Shown: positions 1-13,400 of the stretch, piece by piece
Position numbering within the stretch: position 1 is the stretch's first letter
Layout of the letters: each line of letters begins with the position of its first letter
From: Chiloscyllium plagiosum
Taxonomy: Eukaryota
Length of the DNA: 64,000 nucleotides
Assembly: GCF_004010195.1 (NCBI RefSeq)
Contig: NC_057750.1
Span: forward strand, 10,415,478-10,479,477
Direction: 5' to 3'
The notes under the pieces: generated by a model
Database searches by the model: none
Told to the model about the DNA's origin: nothing
Seen by the model: the letters and a program-made list of their open reading frames with translations, nothing else
Program-made: the position numbers and the translations under genes

Positions 1-585
1 AACACCCTCCCCCCCGCCACACACACACAGACACACACACACACCCTGTCAAGTCCTCTAAGAATCTTGGATGTTTCAACAAGGTCTCCTCTCATTCTAC
101 TACCTTCCAATGAGAGCTCTTCAGGCAGTCCTAGAATCTTTGCTCTTTTCCCACACAGCCCACAAATTTCTTCCTTTTGAAATAGGAAAGGAATCCTGTA
201 TCCTTTCCAATACATCCAAATCCCTTTTGAGAGTTATTATTTAATTTGCCCTTCCAGGCAGCACATTCCACATCATAGCAACTCATGGCATGAAAATATT
301 CACCTCGTCATCTCTCTGATCCTTTTGTCAATTACCTTAAATCCGTCTGACCCCCCTCCTGCCATTGCAAACATCTGCCTCTTTTAATGACTTTGAACAC
401 CTCTTCACTGTATCCACCTTTCACCTCTTCTGTCCCAGAAAAAGTAACCTCAGCTTCTCCATTGCCCTCCAGATCAATGGAGTACTGTATCAACTGGGCT
501 ACCGCAAATGATATAAAGTACAGCATTTCGCATTCAAACTGAAATCAGAACATCTTGGAAATACACAGTCGGCTGTCAGATTTTA

Positions 586-1113
586 GAGTCATAGTCATAG
601 AATCATAGAGATGTACAGCATGGAAACAGACCCTTCGGTCCAACCCGTCCATGCCGACCAGATATCCCAATTCAATCTAGTCCCACCTACCAGCACCCGG
701 CCCATATCCCTCCAAATCCTTCCTATTCATATACCCATCCAAATGCCTTTTAAATGTTGCAATTGTACCAGCCTCCACCACTTCCTCTGGCAGCTCATTC
801 CATACACTCACCACGCTTTGCGTGAAAAAGTTGCCCTTTATGCATTTTTTATATCTCTTTAATATCTTTCCTCTCTCACCCTAAACCTATGCCCTCTAGT
901 TCTAAACTCCCCCACCCCAGATTTTGTCGATTTATCCTATCCATGCCTCTCATGATTTTATAAACCTCTATAAGGTCACCCCTCAGTCTCCAACGCTCCA
1001 GGGAAAACAGCCCCAGCCTATTCACCCTCAAATCCTCCAACCCTGGCAACATCCTTGTAAATCTTCTCTGAATCCTTTCAAGTTTCTGATAGGAAGGAGA
1101 TCAGAACTGCACG
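586..1113 (-). mobile_element. CR1-type LINE 3' fragment
   Basis: Reverse complement of the CR1 ORF2 end plus the CTCTATGA-like tail; same family as 45440-46007. Confidence 0.9.
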
Positions 1114-1364
1114 CAATAAGAGGGCAAAAGTAAAATGGTTTTTTGTTTCTGTTAAAAGCAAAATACCGTGGATGTGACAATGTGCTGGAAATCTGAAACA
1201 AACACAGGAAGTGCTGGAGAAAGTCAGCAGTTCTAGAGAGAGAAGCAGAATTAACGTTTCAACTCCAGTATAAATCTTCTTTGGAACTGAAACTGATATT
1301 CTGACTCTGTTTCCCTCATCACAGAGGCTGCTGGTGGTCACTGCCCTGGATCATATCCTGAGAT

Positions 1365-1935
1365 AGACTCATAGAGATGTATCTTTTGGTCAAACTCATC
1401 CATGCTGATTAGATATTCTAAACTGATCTAGTCCCATTTGCCAGCACCCGGTCCATATCCCTCCAAACCCTTCCTATTCATATACCCATCCAAATGCCTC
1501 TTAAATGTTGCAATTGTACCAGCCTCCAACACCTCCTCTGGCAGCTCATTCCATACACGCACCACCCTCTGTGTGAAAAAGTTGCCCGTTAGGTTCCTTT
1601 ATATATTTCACCTCTCACCTTAAACCTATGACCTCTAGCTTGGATTTCCCCATCCTCGGAAAAGCACCATGGCTATTCACCCTATCCATGCCCCTCATGA
1701 TTTTATAAACCTCTATAAGGTCACTCCCCAGCCTCTGACGTTCCAGGGAAAATGGCACCGGCCTATTCAGCCTCTCCCTGTAGCTCAAACTCGCTAACCC
1801 TGGCAACATCCATGTAAACCTTTTCTGCGTCCTTTCCAGTTTTTCAACATCTTTCCTACAGCAGGGAGAACAGAACTGAATGCAGTATTCCAAAGTGGCC
1901 TCACCAATGTCCTGCAGAGCTGCAATATGACTGTT
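1365..1935 (-). mobile_element. CR1-type LINE 3' fragment
   Basis: ORF 1615-1893: EYCIQFCSP...LERTQKRFTWMLPGL...[13 protein letters not shown]. Confidence 0.92.
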
Positions 1936-2871
1936 GGCGATCGATGTTCAAGATGGAAATCAAAGAAGCTGATATCACCAGGCACCTGCCCTGTCTCCCA
2001 CACTGGGAACTGTCATCGTCTGCTTTCACTCAAGTGGATGGTACGTTGGGAAAATGCATCCCAATGAGGTGATATTAACTGATAGTGAGAAGTTAATAGG
2101 CCTCTCACCACCTACGAGTGAGAAATCCCTCTCAACATTGTTTGAAAAATGGGAATTTCTACACTGAAAATTGGGAAGCTCCTTGCTGTAGATCCCATCC
2201 AATTTTCCCAACTTTGTCGCCAATGCTGACATCCTTCAGGAACTGGCAGAATCCAGCCGATTGAGTCGGAGATGAGGTTGAAAGTCAAAAGACAGACAGA
2301 GACACCTATGGAGCTAGTTTGAGATCCCAGTCAGCTGAGGGACAAGGAGGTACTAGAACTGCCGAAGATCTCAGAGGGATTAGGGGTCACTGAGTAACCA
2401 AATAACATGTACGTGTGTGTGTGTGTGGTGATGGGGTGCTATGCGAATTAGGACATGTGAAGGGTTCATAAAGGAAGATGAATGATTGTGAATAGGGCTT
2501 GGAAGATCTGACTTTCCTGATGGTGGGAGATGGGGAATAGGGAGGTGAAGAGAGTGTGAGCGGGCATTAAGGGTCACTCTCCTGCTAAGAACCAAACTAA
2601 GAATGTGAACCAATTCGGAAAAAGAGTCTTACGGAACTTGCCACATTAACTCCGTATGCATCTTCACAGATGCTGCCAGACCTACTGAGTTTCTCCAGCA
2701 TTCTCTGTGTTTAGGATTTTCAGCATCCACAGTATTTTGCTATTACACAGAAAGTGAACCACCCTCGGCCTTTCAGTCACATTTCCAAAGCAAGAATGAT
2801 CTTTTATTAAACTGTGGTAATTGATTTTTTTTCAGCTAATATCAGGACATCTTGAGACAATACTTGTCTTC

Positions 2872-5800
2872 ACCTGTCCCCATGAGTGTTGTAGCTCAGT
2901 GTTATACAGCGACAGACCTGTCCCCACCAGTACTGTACCCCCGTGTTATACAGTGACAGACCTGTCCTCACCAGTACTGTACCCCAGACTGTACCCCCGT
3001 GTTATACAGTGACAGACCTGTCCTCACCCAGTACTGTATCCCAGTGTTATACAGAGACAGACCTGTCCCCACCAGTACTGTACCCCAGTGTTATACAGTG
3101 ACAGACCTGTCCCCACCAGTACTGCACCCCAGTGTTTACAGCGACAGACCTGTCCCCACCAGTACTGTACCCCAGTGTTATACAGTGACAGACCTGTCCC
3201 ACCAGTACTGTACCCCAGTGTTATACAGCGACAGACCTGTCCCCACCAGTACTATACCCCAGTGTTATACAGTGACAGACCTGTCCCCACCAGTACTGTA
3301 CCCCAGTGTTATACAGAGACAGACCTGTCACCATCGGTCCTGTACCCCATTGTTATGCAGTGACAGACCTGTCCCCACCCAGTACTGTACCCCAGTGTTA
3401 TACAGTGACAGACCTGTCACCATCGGTCCTGTACCTCAGTGTTATACAGTGACAGACCTGTCCCCACCAGTACTGTACCCCAGTGTTATACAGTGACAGA
3501 CCTGTCACCACCAGTATAATACCTCACTGTAATAAACTGACAGACCTGTCCCCACCAGTACTGTGCCCCAGTGTTATACAGTGACAGACCCGTCCCCACC
3601 AGTACTGTACCCCAGTGTTACACACTGACAGACCTGTCCCCTCCAGTACTGTACCCGAATGTTATACAGTGACAGACCTGTCCCCACCAGTACTGTGTTA
3701 TACAGTGACAGACCTGTCCCCACCAGTACTGTACCCCAATGTTATACAATGACAGACCCGTCCCCACCAGTACTGTACCCCAGTGTTTTACAACGTCAGA
3801 CCTGTCCCCTCCAGTACTGTGCCCTGTGTTATACAGGGACAGACCTGACACTACCAGTACTGTACCCGAGTTTTATACAGTGACAGACCTGTCCCCACCA
3901 GTACTATACCTCACTGTAATACATTGACAGATCCGTCCCCACCAGTACTGCACCCCAGTGTTATACAGTGACAGACCTGTCCCCACCAGTACTGTACCCC
4001 AGTGTTATACAGTGACAGACCCATCCCCACCAGTACTGTACCCCAGTGTTATACAACGACATACCTGTCCCCTCCAGTACTGTGCCCTGTGTTATACAAT
4101 GACAGACCTGACACTACCAGTACTGTACCCCAGTCTTATACAACGACAGACCTGTCCCCTTCAGTACTGTGCCCCAGTGTTATACAGTGACAGACCTGTC
4201 CCCACCAGTACTGTACCCCAGTGTTATACAGTGACAGACCCTCCCCCACCAGTACTGTACCCCAGTGTTATACAGTGACGGATCAGTCCCCACCAGTACT
4301 GTACCCCAGTGTTATACAGTGACAGATCCATCCCCACCAGTACTGTACCCCCGTGTTATACAGTGACAGACCTGTCCTCACCAGTACTGTACCCCCGTGT
4401 TATACAGTGACAGATCTGTCCTCACCAGTACTGTACCCCAGTGTTATACAGCGACAGACCTGTCCCCACCAGTACTATACCCCAGTGTTATACAGTGACA
4501 GACCTGTCCCCACCAGTACTGTACCCCAGTGTTATACAGAGACAGACCTGTCACCATCGGTCCTGTACCCCATTGTTATGCAGAGACAGACCTGTCCCCA
4601 CCCAGTACTGTACCCCAGTGTTATAAAGTGACAGACCTGTCCCCACCATTACTGTACCCCTTTGTTATACAGTGACAGACCTGTCACCACCAGTATAATA
4701 CCTCACTGTAATAAACTGACAGACCTGTCCCCACCAGTACTGTACCCCAGTGTTATACAGTGACAGACCTGTCCCCTCCAGTACAGTACCCGAGTGTTAT
4801 ACAGTGACAGACCTGTCCCCACCAGTACTGTACCCCAATGTTATACAATGACAGACCTGTCCCCACAGTTCTGTACCCCAGTGTTATACAGTGACAGACC
4901 CGTCCCCACCAGTACTGTACCCCAGTGTTATACAGTGACAGACCTGTCCTCACCAGTACTGTACCCCAGTGTTTTACAACGTCAGACCTGTCCCCTCCAG
5001 TACTGTGCCCTGTGTTATACAGTGACAGACCTGACACTACCAGTACTGTACCCCAGTTTTATACAGTGACAGACTTGTCCCCACCAGTACTATACCTCAC
5101 TGTAATACATTGACAGACCCGTCCCCACCAGTACTGCACCCCAGTGTTATACAGTGACAGACCTGTCCCCTTCAGTACTGTGCCCCAGTGTTATACAGTG
5201 ACAGACCTGTCACCATCGGTCCTGTAACTCAATGTTATACAGTGACAGACCTGCTCCCACCAGTATAATACCTCACTGTAATAAACTGACTGACCTGTCC
5301 CCTCCATAATGTGCCCTGTGTTATACAGTGACAGACCTGACACTACCAGTACTGTACCCCAGTGTTATACAATGACAGACCTGTCCCCTCCAGTACTGTA
5401 TTCCAGTGTTATACAGTGACAGACCTGTAACCACTTGTACTGTACCCCGGTGTTAAACAGAGACAGACCTGTCCCCACCAGTACTGTACCCCAGTCTTAT
5501 ACAATGACAGACCTGTCCCCTTCAGTACTGTGCTCCAGTGTTATACAGTGACAGACCTGTCCCCACCAGTACTGTACCCCAGTGTTATACAGAGACAGAC
5601 CTGTCCCCACCAGTACTGTACCCCAGTGTTATACAACGACNNNNNNNNNNNNNNNNNNNNNNNNNNNNNNNNNNNNNNNNNNNNNNNNNNNNNNNNNNNN
5701 NNNNNNNNNNNNNNNNNNNNNNNNNNNNNNNNNNNNNNNNNNNNNNNNNNNNNNNNNNNNNNNNNNNNNNNNNNNNNNNNNNNNNNNNNNNNNNNNNNNN

Positions 5801-6960
5801 NNNNNNNNNNNNNNNNNNNNNNNNNNNNNNNGTACTGTATTCCAGTGTTATACAGTGACAGACCTGTAACCACTTGTACTGTACCCCGGTGTTAAACAGA
5901 GACAGACCTGTCCCCACCAGTACTGTACCCCAGTCTTATACAACGACAGACCTGTCCCCTTCAGTACTGTGCCCCAGTGTTATACAGTGACAGACCTGTC
6001 CTCACCAGTACTGTACCCTAGTGTTATACAGAGACAAACCTGTCCCCTCCAGTACTGTACCCCAATGTTATACAGAGACAGACCTGTCCCCACCAGTACT
6101 GTACCCCAGTGTTACACAGAGACAGACCTGTCCCCACCAGTACTGTACCCAGTGTTATACAGTGACAGACCTGACACTACCAGCCCTGTATCCCAGTGTT
6201 ATACAGAGACAGACCTGTCCCCATCAGTACTATACCCCAGTGTTATACAGAGACAGACCTCTCCCCACCAGTACTGTACCCCAGTGTTATAGAACAACAG
6301 AGTTCTGAGGGAGGGTCAATGGACCCCACATGTTCACTTTGATCTCTCTTCAAAAACGTTTCCAGATTTGCTGAGCTTCTCCAACAACTTCTCTTGTTGT
6401 TTCCGATTTACAGCATTCACATTTCTTTCAGTTTTTAAATAATAACAGACCAGTCCACACCAGTACGCTACCCCAGTGTTATACAGTGACAGACCAGTCC
6501 ACACCAGTACTGTATCCCAGTATTAGACAGTGACAGAACTGTCCCACCTTCATTGTACCCCAGTGTTATACAGTGACACACCTGTCCCCACTAGTATTGT
6601 ACCCCAGTATTAGACAGGGCCATACCTATCCCACAGTATTGTACTGCAGTGTTAAAAAGAGACAGACCTGTCTACACCAATACTGTACCCTGGTGTTATG
6701 CAGTGGCAGACTTGTCCACAAGAGTACTGTACCCCAATATTATACAGTGGAGGCTTGCCTGCCAATACTGTTCCGTTGTCACCTATAATGACAGTTTGTC
6801 CCCTTCAGTGCTGTAACCCTACAGTTATGCAGTGACAGTCCCACCAATACTGTGCTCCAGTGTTACACAGTGACAGACCTGTCTGATTCAGAGCTATACC
6901 ACACCATTAGACAGCAACAGACCTGTATCTCATTTTATGCGTGAGTGACCTGTCCCTTAC
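2872..6960. repeat. Satellite of 44-bp units (GACAGACCTGTCCCCACCAGTACTGTACCCCAGTGTTATACAGT), degenerate at the right edge, with an assembly gap inside
   Basis: Dozens of head-to-tail near-identical units, directly visible. Confidence 0.97.
5641..5831. other. Assembly gap
   Basis: N run. Confidence 0.99.
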
Positions 6961-7302
6961 CAGGGCTATATCTCACTGTTACTCACTGATAAATAGTTTT
7001 TTTTTAAAAGTTCAAATTGAACAGTGATCACCCAGAAGAAGCTGATTTTAAATTATTTCTTATTTTTGTGACATTATGCTGAAAACATCAACTGGGTTCC
7101 AGATTACAAACATTCCAATATGACTCTTTATTGAACATATTGGTAATGTAACTCTTTATCTAAATCAGCTTAATGAAACTCAACTTCATTGACCATTTAT
7201 CAGCAGTTTTTTTGTTCAATGTTTCACTCAGCCGCACCCCACAGTGTGATTTTACCCTTTCCACCCCTTGCTGACCTTTGCCCCCCAACCCCCGAACTTC
7301 AC

Positions 7303-7441
7303 CTTCAGTGAGTCCAGCAGGTCTCCAACCAGAAACAACCGGCGAAGGTGTGAAATGGCACTGGTCACATAAAGCACCGTCACTTCCAAGTATTTCCGCA
7401 ACTGTTCCTGGGACAGAGTAATGTCCAAATCAAGATAGACC
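7303..7441 (-). CDS. RTN2: RTN2 RHD exon 2 (139 bp; [17 protein letters not shown]...[15 protein letters not shown])
   Basis: LRRLFLV.DL.DSLK reticulon motif; acceptor ttaacAG after a long pyrimidine tract, donor AAG|GTGAAG. Confidence 0.96.
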
Positions 7442-10400
7442 CTGTTAACGGAAAGAGAGAAGTGAGTGAGGGAAGAGAGTGAGACTTGGACAGAGAGTGG
7501 AAGTGAGGAGAAGGAGAGCAGGAAGTGGGAGTAGAGGGGTGAGGCAGTCAAGGGGAATGAGACAGAAATTGGAGAGAGGGACAGGAAAGGGAGAAGGAGA
7601 AAGTAAACAAGGATGGAGAGAGGAATCGGGAGGAGAGCAAGAGAGACAGGATAGATAGAGGGAGAATGGGGAAAGAGTGTGGTGCTGGAAAAGCACAGCA
7701 GGCCAGGCAGCATCTGAGGAGCAGTAGAATCGATGTTTCGGGCATAAGCCCTTCATCAGGAATGGCTTATGCCAGAAACATCGATTCTCCAGCTCCTCGG
7801 CAGCTGCCTAACCTGCTGTGCTTTTCCAGCACCACTCTCTCGACGCGGATCTCCAGCACCTGCAATCCTCACTTTCTATCGGATAGTGAGGATAGACAGA
7901 ATAAGTGAGGATAGAGGGAGAGACAGAGAGAACAGAGAGGAAAAGTGGGGAGATATGTTGTGATGGGAGATACAGTTAATGGTAGAGTCCTGGGGAGTGT
8001 TATTGAACAAAGAGACCTAGGGGTTCAGGAGCACAGTTCTTTGAGAGTGGAATCGCAGGTAGACAGGGTGGTTACGAAGGCATTTGGCACACTTGCCTTC
8101 ATTGGTCAGCGCATTGAATATAGGAGCTGGGATGTCATGTTGCAGCTGTATAGGACATTGATTAGGCCACGTTTAGAATACTGGCCTCCCTTGTGGAGGT
8201 AGGATGTTGTTAAACTTGAGAGGATGCAAAAAAATTAACAAGAATGTTGCCAGGCCCGGGTTTGAGCTATTGGGTGAGGCTGAATAGGCTGGGGCTATTT
8301 CCCTGCCTTATAGGGGTTTATAAAATTATTAGGGGCATGGATAGAGTGAATAGCTAAGGACTATTTCCCCAGGTAAGGGAGTATAAAACTAGAGAGCATA
8401 GGTTTAGATATAGAATTTATTGTCATGTTTACTTTTACAAGAAAAATGCAATGAGTTGTGTTATAAGTTGCCCAACCATGGCGCCTCTATTAATGACAGA
8501 AGTCGTAAGTAATTTCATAAGTAACAATAAAGTGAATTAAGATAAAAGTTCATCAAAGTCCATTTAACGGCTCCTGGTCTCAGACGAAGCTGATCAAGAG
8601 ACGGTACACACAGTTGGGACCAAACTGAAATGCCGGGAAGCTGGAAAACCGGCCCGGTTGAAACTGCCGAGAGAAATTGCTGTCAAAACCACCACTCTTG
8701 GACACAGATGCCACGCCGGGCCTTCGGAACGCTGAGCAGGAAGCGTCAGCTGAAGAAAACACCACAGGGACAAGCCCAACACTATCTCAATGAGAACACC
8801 AGGCCAGACCATTGGAACACCGGGCCGGAAGCATTCAATGGAGATTCATCCGGACAGCTGACAAGGGGAGAAAAAATTTAAAAAGGACCTGAGAGGTAAC
8901 TTACTCACGCAGAGGGTGGTGCGTGTATGGAATGAGCTGCCAGAGGAAGTGGTGCAGGCTGGTACAATAACAATATTTAAAAGGCATCTGGATGGGGACA
9001 TGAATAGGATGGGTTTGGAGGGATATGGGCCAAATGCTGGCAAATGGGACTGGATTAATTTAGGATATCTGATCGCCATGGATGAGTGCTGCCATCTGAT
9101 TCTATAAATCTAAAATCATGAGCAGCACAGATAAGATAAACAGAGAAGATCTTTTCCCTGGGCTGGGGGAGTCCAGAAGTGGAGGGCGTAGGTTTAGGGT
9201 GAGAGGGAGAAGATATAAAAGAGACCTACGGGGCAACTTTTTCGCACAGAGAGTGGTGCGTGTATGAATTAAGCTGTCAGAGGAAGTGGTGGAGGCTGGG
9301 ACAATTACAACATTTAAAAGGCATTTGGATGGGGATCTGAATCGGAAGGGTTTGGAGGGATCTGGGCCAAGTGCTGGCAAATGGGACCAGATTAATTTAG
9401 GATATCTGGTCGCCATGGATGAGTGCTGCCATCTGATTCTATGAATCTATCAAATGAGGTGAATTGTGGAGAAGTGAACAAAGGAAGAGCAAAATGAAAG
9501 TAGAGAATAAGAAGAGAGAAGGGAGGGATTTAATGGTGAGTATGGGGCAATGGGTTGGAGGGAAAGTGGGAAATGATGGTTTTGAGAGAAACTATTCTGG
9601 CATAATGAGTCCCCCTACAGCACGTGGACTGCAGCCATCTAACAGCACACCAACACCTTCTCAAGGGGCAACTAGGGATGGGCAATAAATACTGGGCCCA
9701 GCTAGTGACACCCCATCCCACGAGTGAATAAAAAAGGTATCTACTACTACGGTGGGATATTGAGAAAGATTATGTCATCTGCTCTGTTTCATAGTGACCA
9801 GGCATGTGTGCAGTACTGACTTTGAAAGACATGTAGATTCCACCACCGATACCAGTCGGTGCTACATTTGCTGTACTGGGCTGTGCTGCTTCCAGGGTCA
9901 AATAGCCACCAGATGCTGTGGCCTGAACTTGGAAAACAGCCTTTCGAGTAAAAGGACTAGAGACACCCAGTGTGTGTGGAACAAAATGGAAGCCAAGAAC
10001 GCAAGGCCAGCGAAAGAAAAGGTGCAAAAATACTTTGTATCCAAGAAGATCACAGCCCCCTCCGACACAGTCCGGTTCAAAAATTCAAAATTAACATTGT
10101 ATAAAGCAAGCAAAACACTTGAACAAATATTAAAAGCTCACTGATAAGATTATCAAGCGTTGGAGGGCTAATTAATTTTTGTGGAGTCTGTCACTCAAAG
10201 TAATAGGTGGAATGATACTGGGACTAAAGGGAATGAATTACGAGATTTGTTTGCACAGATTAGGCATTATTCTGCTGGAGTATTGAGAATGATTGTCTTT
10301 TACATACCATGGTGGGGGGGGGGGGGGGGCTTCAAGACCAGGGGGCACATTTTCAGGTGAGAGGAGAGAGATTAAAAAGACATGAGGGGCAATTTGTTTA

Positions 10401-13400
10401 TACAGAGGGTGGTTTGCATGTGCAATGAACTTCCTGAGGAAGTGGTGGAAGCAGGTACAATTACAGTGTTTAAAACATATTCGAAAAAGTACATCAATAG
10501 TAAAGATATGGGAGAGAAGCAGGTACTGGGACTGGTTTAGTTTGGGATTATGTTTGGTATGAACTGATTGGACCGAAGGGCCTGTTTCCGTGCTGTATGG
10601 CTCTCTGAAAGGCTGATCTTTCACCTGATGAAGGAGTGTCACTCCGAAAGCTAGTGTGCTTCCAATTAAACCTGTTGGACTATAACCTGGTGTTGTGTGA
10701 TTTTTAACTTTGATCTGACAGAGGCATTCAAGATGATTAACAGTTTTAAAAAGATAGTTTGAGAAACTATTTCTTCTGGCGCTGGGGATCAAAGGGGTAT
10801 AAACCTTAAACTAGCCACAGGGTGAGGTTTTTTTATTCATTCACAGGATTAGGGTGGTGCTGGTTAGGTCAGCATTTATTGCCCATCCCTAATTGCCCAT
10901 GGGGGGAGCAGTTAAGAGTCAACCACATTGGCCAGACCAGGTAAGGATGGCAGTTTCCGTCCCTAAAGGATATTAGTGTATCAAATGGGTTTTTCCAACA
11001 ATCAGCAATGAATTCATAGTCATCATTAGACTCTTAATTCCAGACGTTAGCCAAATTTGAAACCATCAGTCATGGTGGGATTTGAACCCAGATCCCCAGG
11101 ATGTTATCTGGGTTAACAATCCAGCGATAATGCCACTCGGCCGACAACTCTGCAGCAAGCAGTCCTTTACATGAATCACTGTCCCCTGGAGTTCTGTGTG
11201 AGGTTTTAATCCCCGTATTTAAAAAGAGAATATACTGGTATTGGATGCAGTTTAAAATTCACTGGGTGTTGACTTATCAACAATGGCTAAACAGGTTAGG
11301 CCTTTATTCATCACAGCTTAAAAATATGAGGAGGAGTGATCTTATTGGAGACATACAAGATTTTGAGGGGACTCAACAAAGTAGATGTTGAGAATATGTA
11401 TCCACTGGTGGCGAATCTAAAACCAGGGTTATAATTGCAGGAGAAAGTGAGGGCTGCAGATGCTGGAGATCAGACTGAAGAAGGGCTTATGCCCGAAACG
11501 TCGATTCTCCTGTTCCTTGGATGCTGCTTGACCTGCTGCACTTTTCCAGCAACACATTTTCAGTTATAATTGCAGGAGAAAGGATTGCTCATTTAAACTG
11601 AGATGCAAGGAATTTCCTTCTGCCAGAGGGTAGTGAATGTTTGGAGTTCTCTAGGCTCACCCTGTGCCTAGTTTAAAGTTTATATCCCTTTGATCCCCAG
11701 CACCAGAAGAAATAGTTTCTCAAACTATCTTTTTAAAACTGTTAATCATCTTGAATGCCTCTGTCAGATCAGCCTTTCATAGAGCCATACAGCACGGAAA
11801 CAGACCCTTCGGTCTAATCAATTCATACCAGAGAGTTCCAGAGGCTGGATCACTGACAGTACTTAAAGAGGAAGCATATAGATTTTTGAAACATCAGGCA
11901 GTTTGAGATCTGGAGCAAATCAGCATGATCTTGTGGAATGGCAGGAAGGCTTGATGGGCTGAATGGTCTTCAACTGTTTTTATCTCACAAGCTCTTATGT
12001 TCTTAAATAGAGAACAGCTCCAAATAACTGTGATGGACAGGTTCAAGGGGCTGAATGGCCTTCTGTTGCTATCTGTCCTTCAACAGCACCTTCTGACCTT
12101 TACCGCCCAGATATATGGGAACACCACTCCCTGCAAATTCCCCTTCAAGCCACTCACCATCCTGACTTGTCGCTGGGTCAAAATCCTGGAAGTCACTCCC
12201 TAACAGTGTTGAGGGTCTACCTACAGCATATGGACTGCAGCAGCTCAAGAAGGCAGCTCACCCCCTTCTTAAGGGGCAGTTAGGAATGGACAGCAAATGC
12301 GAGACCTTGCAACATCAAAAACTGTGGGTGTCGTTTGGTACTTACTGGAACGGGTGGACCTCCTGGGTTTTGTAGATCAGATGAAGAGCAGATGTGTAAA
12401 GGCGGAGGCTGATGGTGACAGAGAGGACAGACAGTGTCAGGTATGCCAGCACGCTGATACCGCTGAACTGGGTGAGGGAGAACAGGATGAGGATAATGGC
12501 ACCAAACACGGTACCAGTCTTCTTGACATCCTCCCAGTACAGAAGGTCAGTCACTGTGGGAAAAAAAAGAGAGAAACAGTAAGGGCTTGAGGGGGAAATT
12601 CACCAAACCGGTGCTTTATCAATGCAGTCACTCAAAGGCTTTTCTGAAAATGGTCAAATTGTGCCTGAGTTAATGTCCAAATTAAGCCTTGTACAGGGTA
12701 GGTCTGGCAGAGTTGTCATGCCATATTGGATTAATGAATCAGAGTCTGATGACACTCTTCTAGAGGAGAGACTGAGAGGAGATTTTTTAGATTAGATTCC
12801 CTACAGTGTGGAAACAGGCCCTTCAGCCCAACAAGTCCACACCGATCCTCCGAAGAGCCACCCACCCAGACCCATTCCCCTACATTTACCCCTTCACCTA
12901 ACACTACGGGCAATTTAGCATGGCCAATTCACCTAACCTGCACATCTTTGGACTGTGGGAGGAAACCGGAGCACCCGGAGGAAACCCACGCAGACACGGG
13001 GAGAATATGCAAACTCCACACAGACAGTTGCCCGAGTCTGGGATCGAACCTGGGACCCTGGTGCTGTGAGGCAGCAGTGCTAACCACTGAGACACTGTGC
13101 CGCCCCTTGATTGAGATTTTCAAAATCATGAGCGGGCTAGACAGAATAGATAAAGAGAAGCTGACCCTGCTCTTAAAAGGAACAAGAACAAGAGGGCATA
13201 GGTTTAAAGTGATCTGCAAATGTAACAAGGGTGATGTGGGGAAAAGTCTTGCCCAACCAGCAAGTACTTAGGGTCTGAAATGCATTGCCTGGAAATGTGG
13301 TAAAGGCAAGTTCAACTGAGGGCTTTCAAGAGGCTTTTGGATAGTTACTTGGTTAGAAATGATGTGCAGGGATATGGGGGAAAGGGACAGAGTGGCACTA

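Noticed and set aside
2821..6788. Many ORFs repeating MLYSDRPVPTSTVPQCYTVTD; superficially CRISPR-like periodicity
   Set aside because: These are translations of the 44-bp satellite. Units are contiguous with no unique spacers, there are no cas genes, and the context is eukaryotic.
1..7302. Search for the next RHD exon (70 bp, ...VGA.FNGLTL...) including ORF 332-526
   Set aside because: No matching peptide or splice pattern found; the exon presumably lies beyond the window start.
9770..10144. 116-aa ORF in non-CR1 sequence (also unique-looking DNA at 1935-2340)
   Set aside because: No recognisable domain, termini or splice structure; cannot be assigned without a database search.
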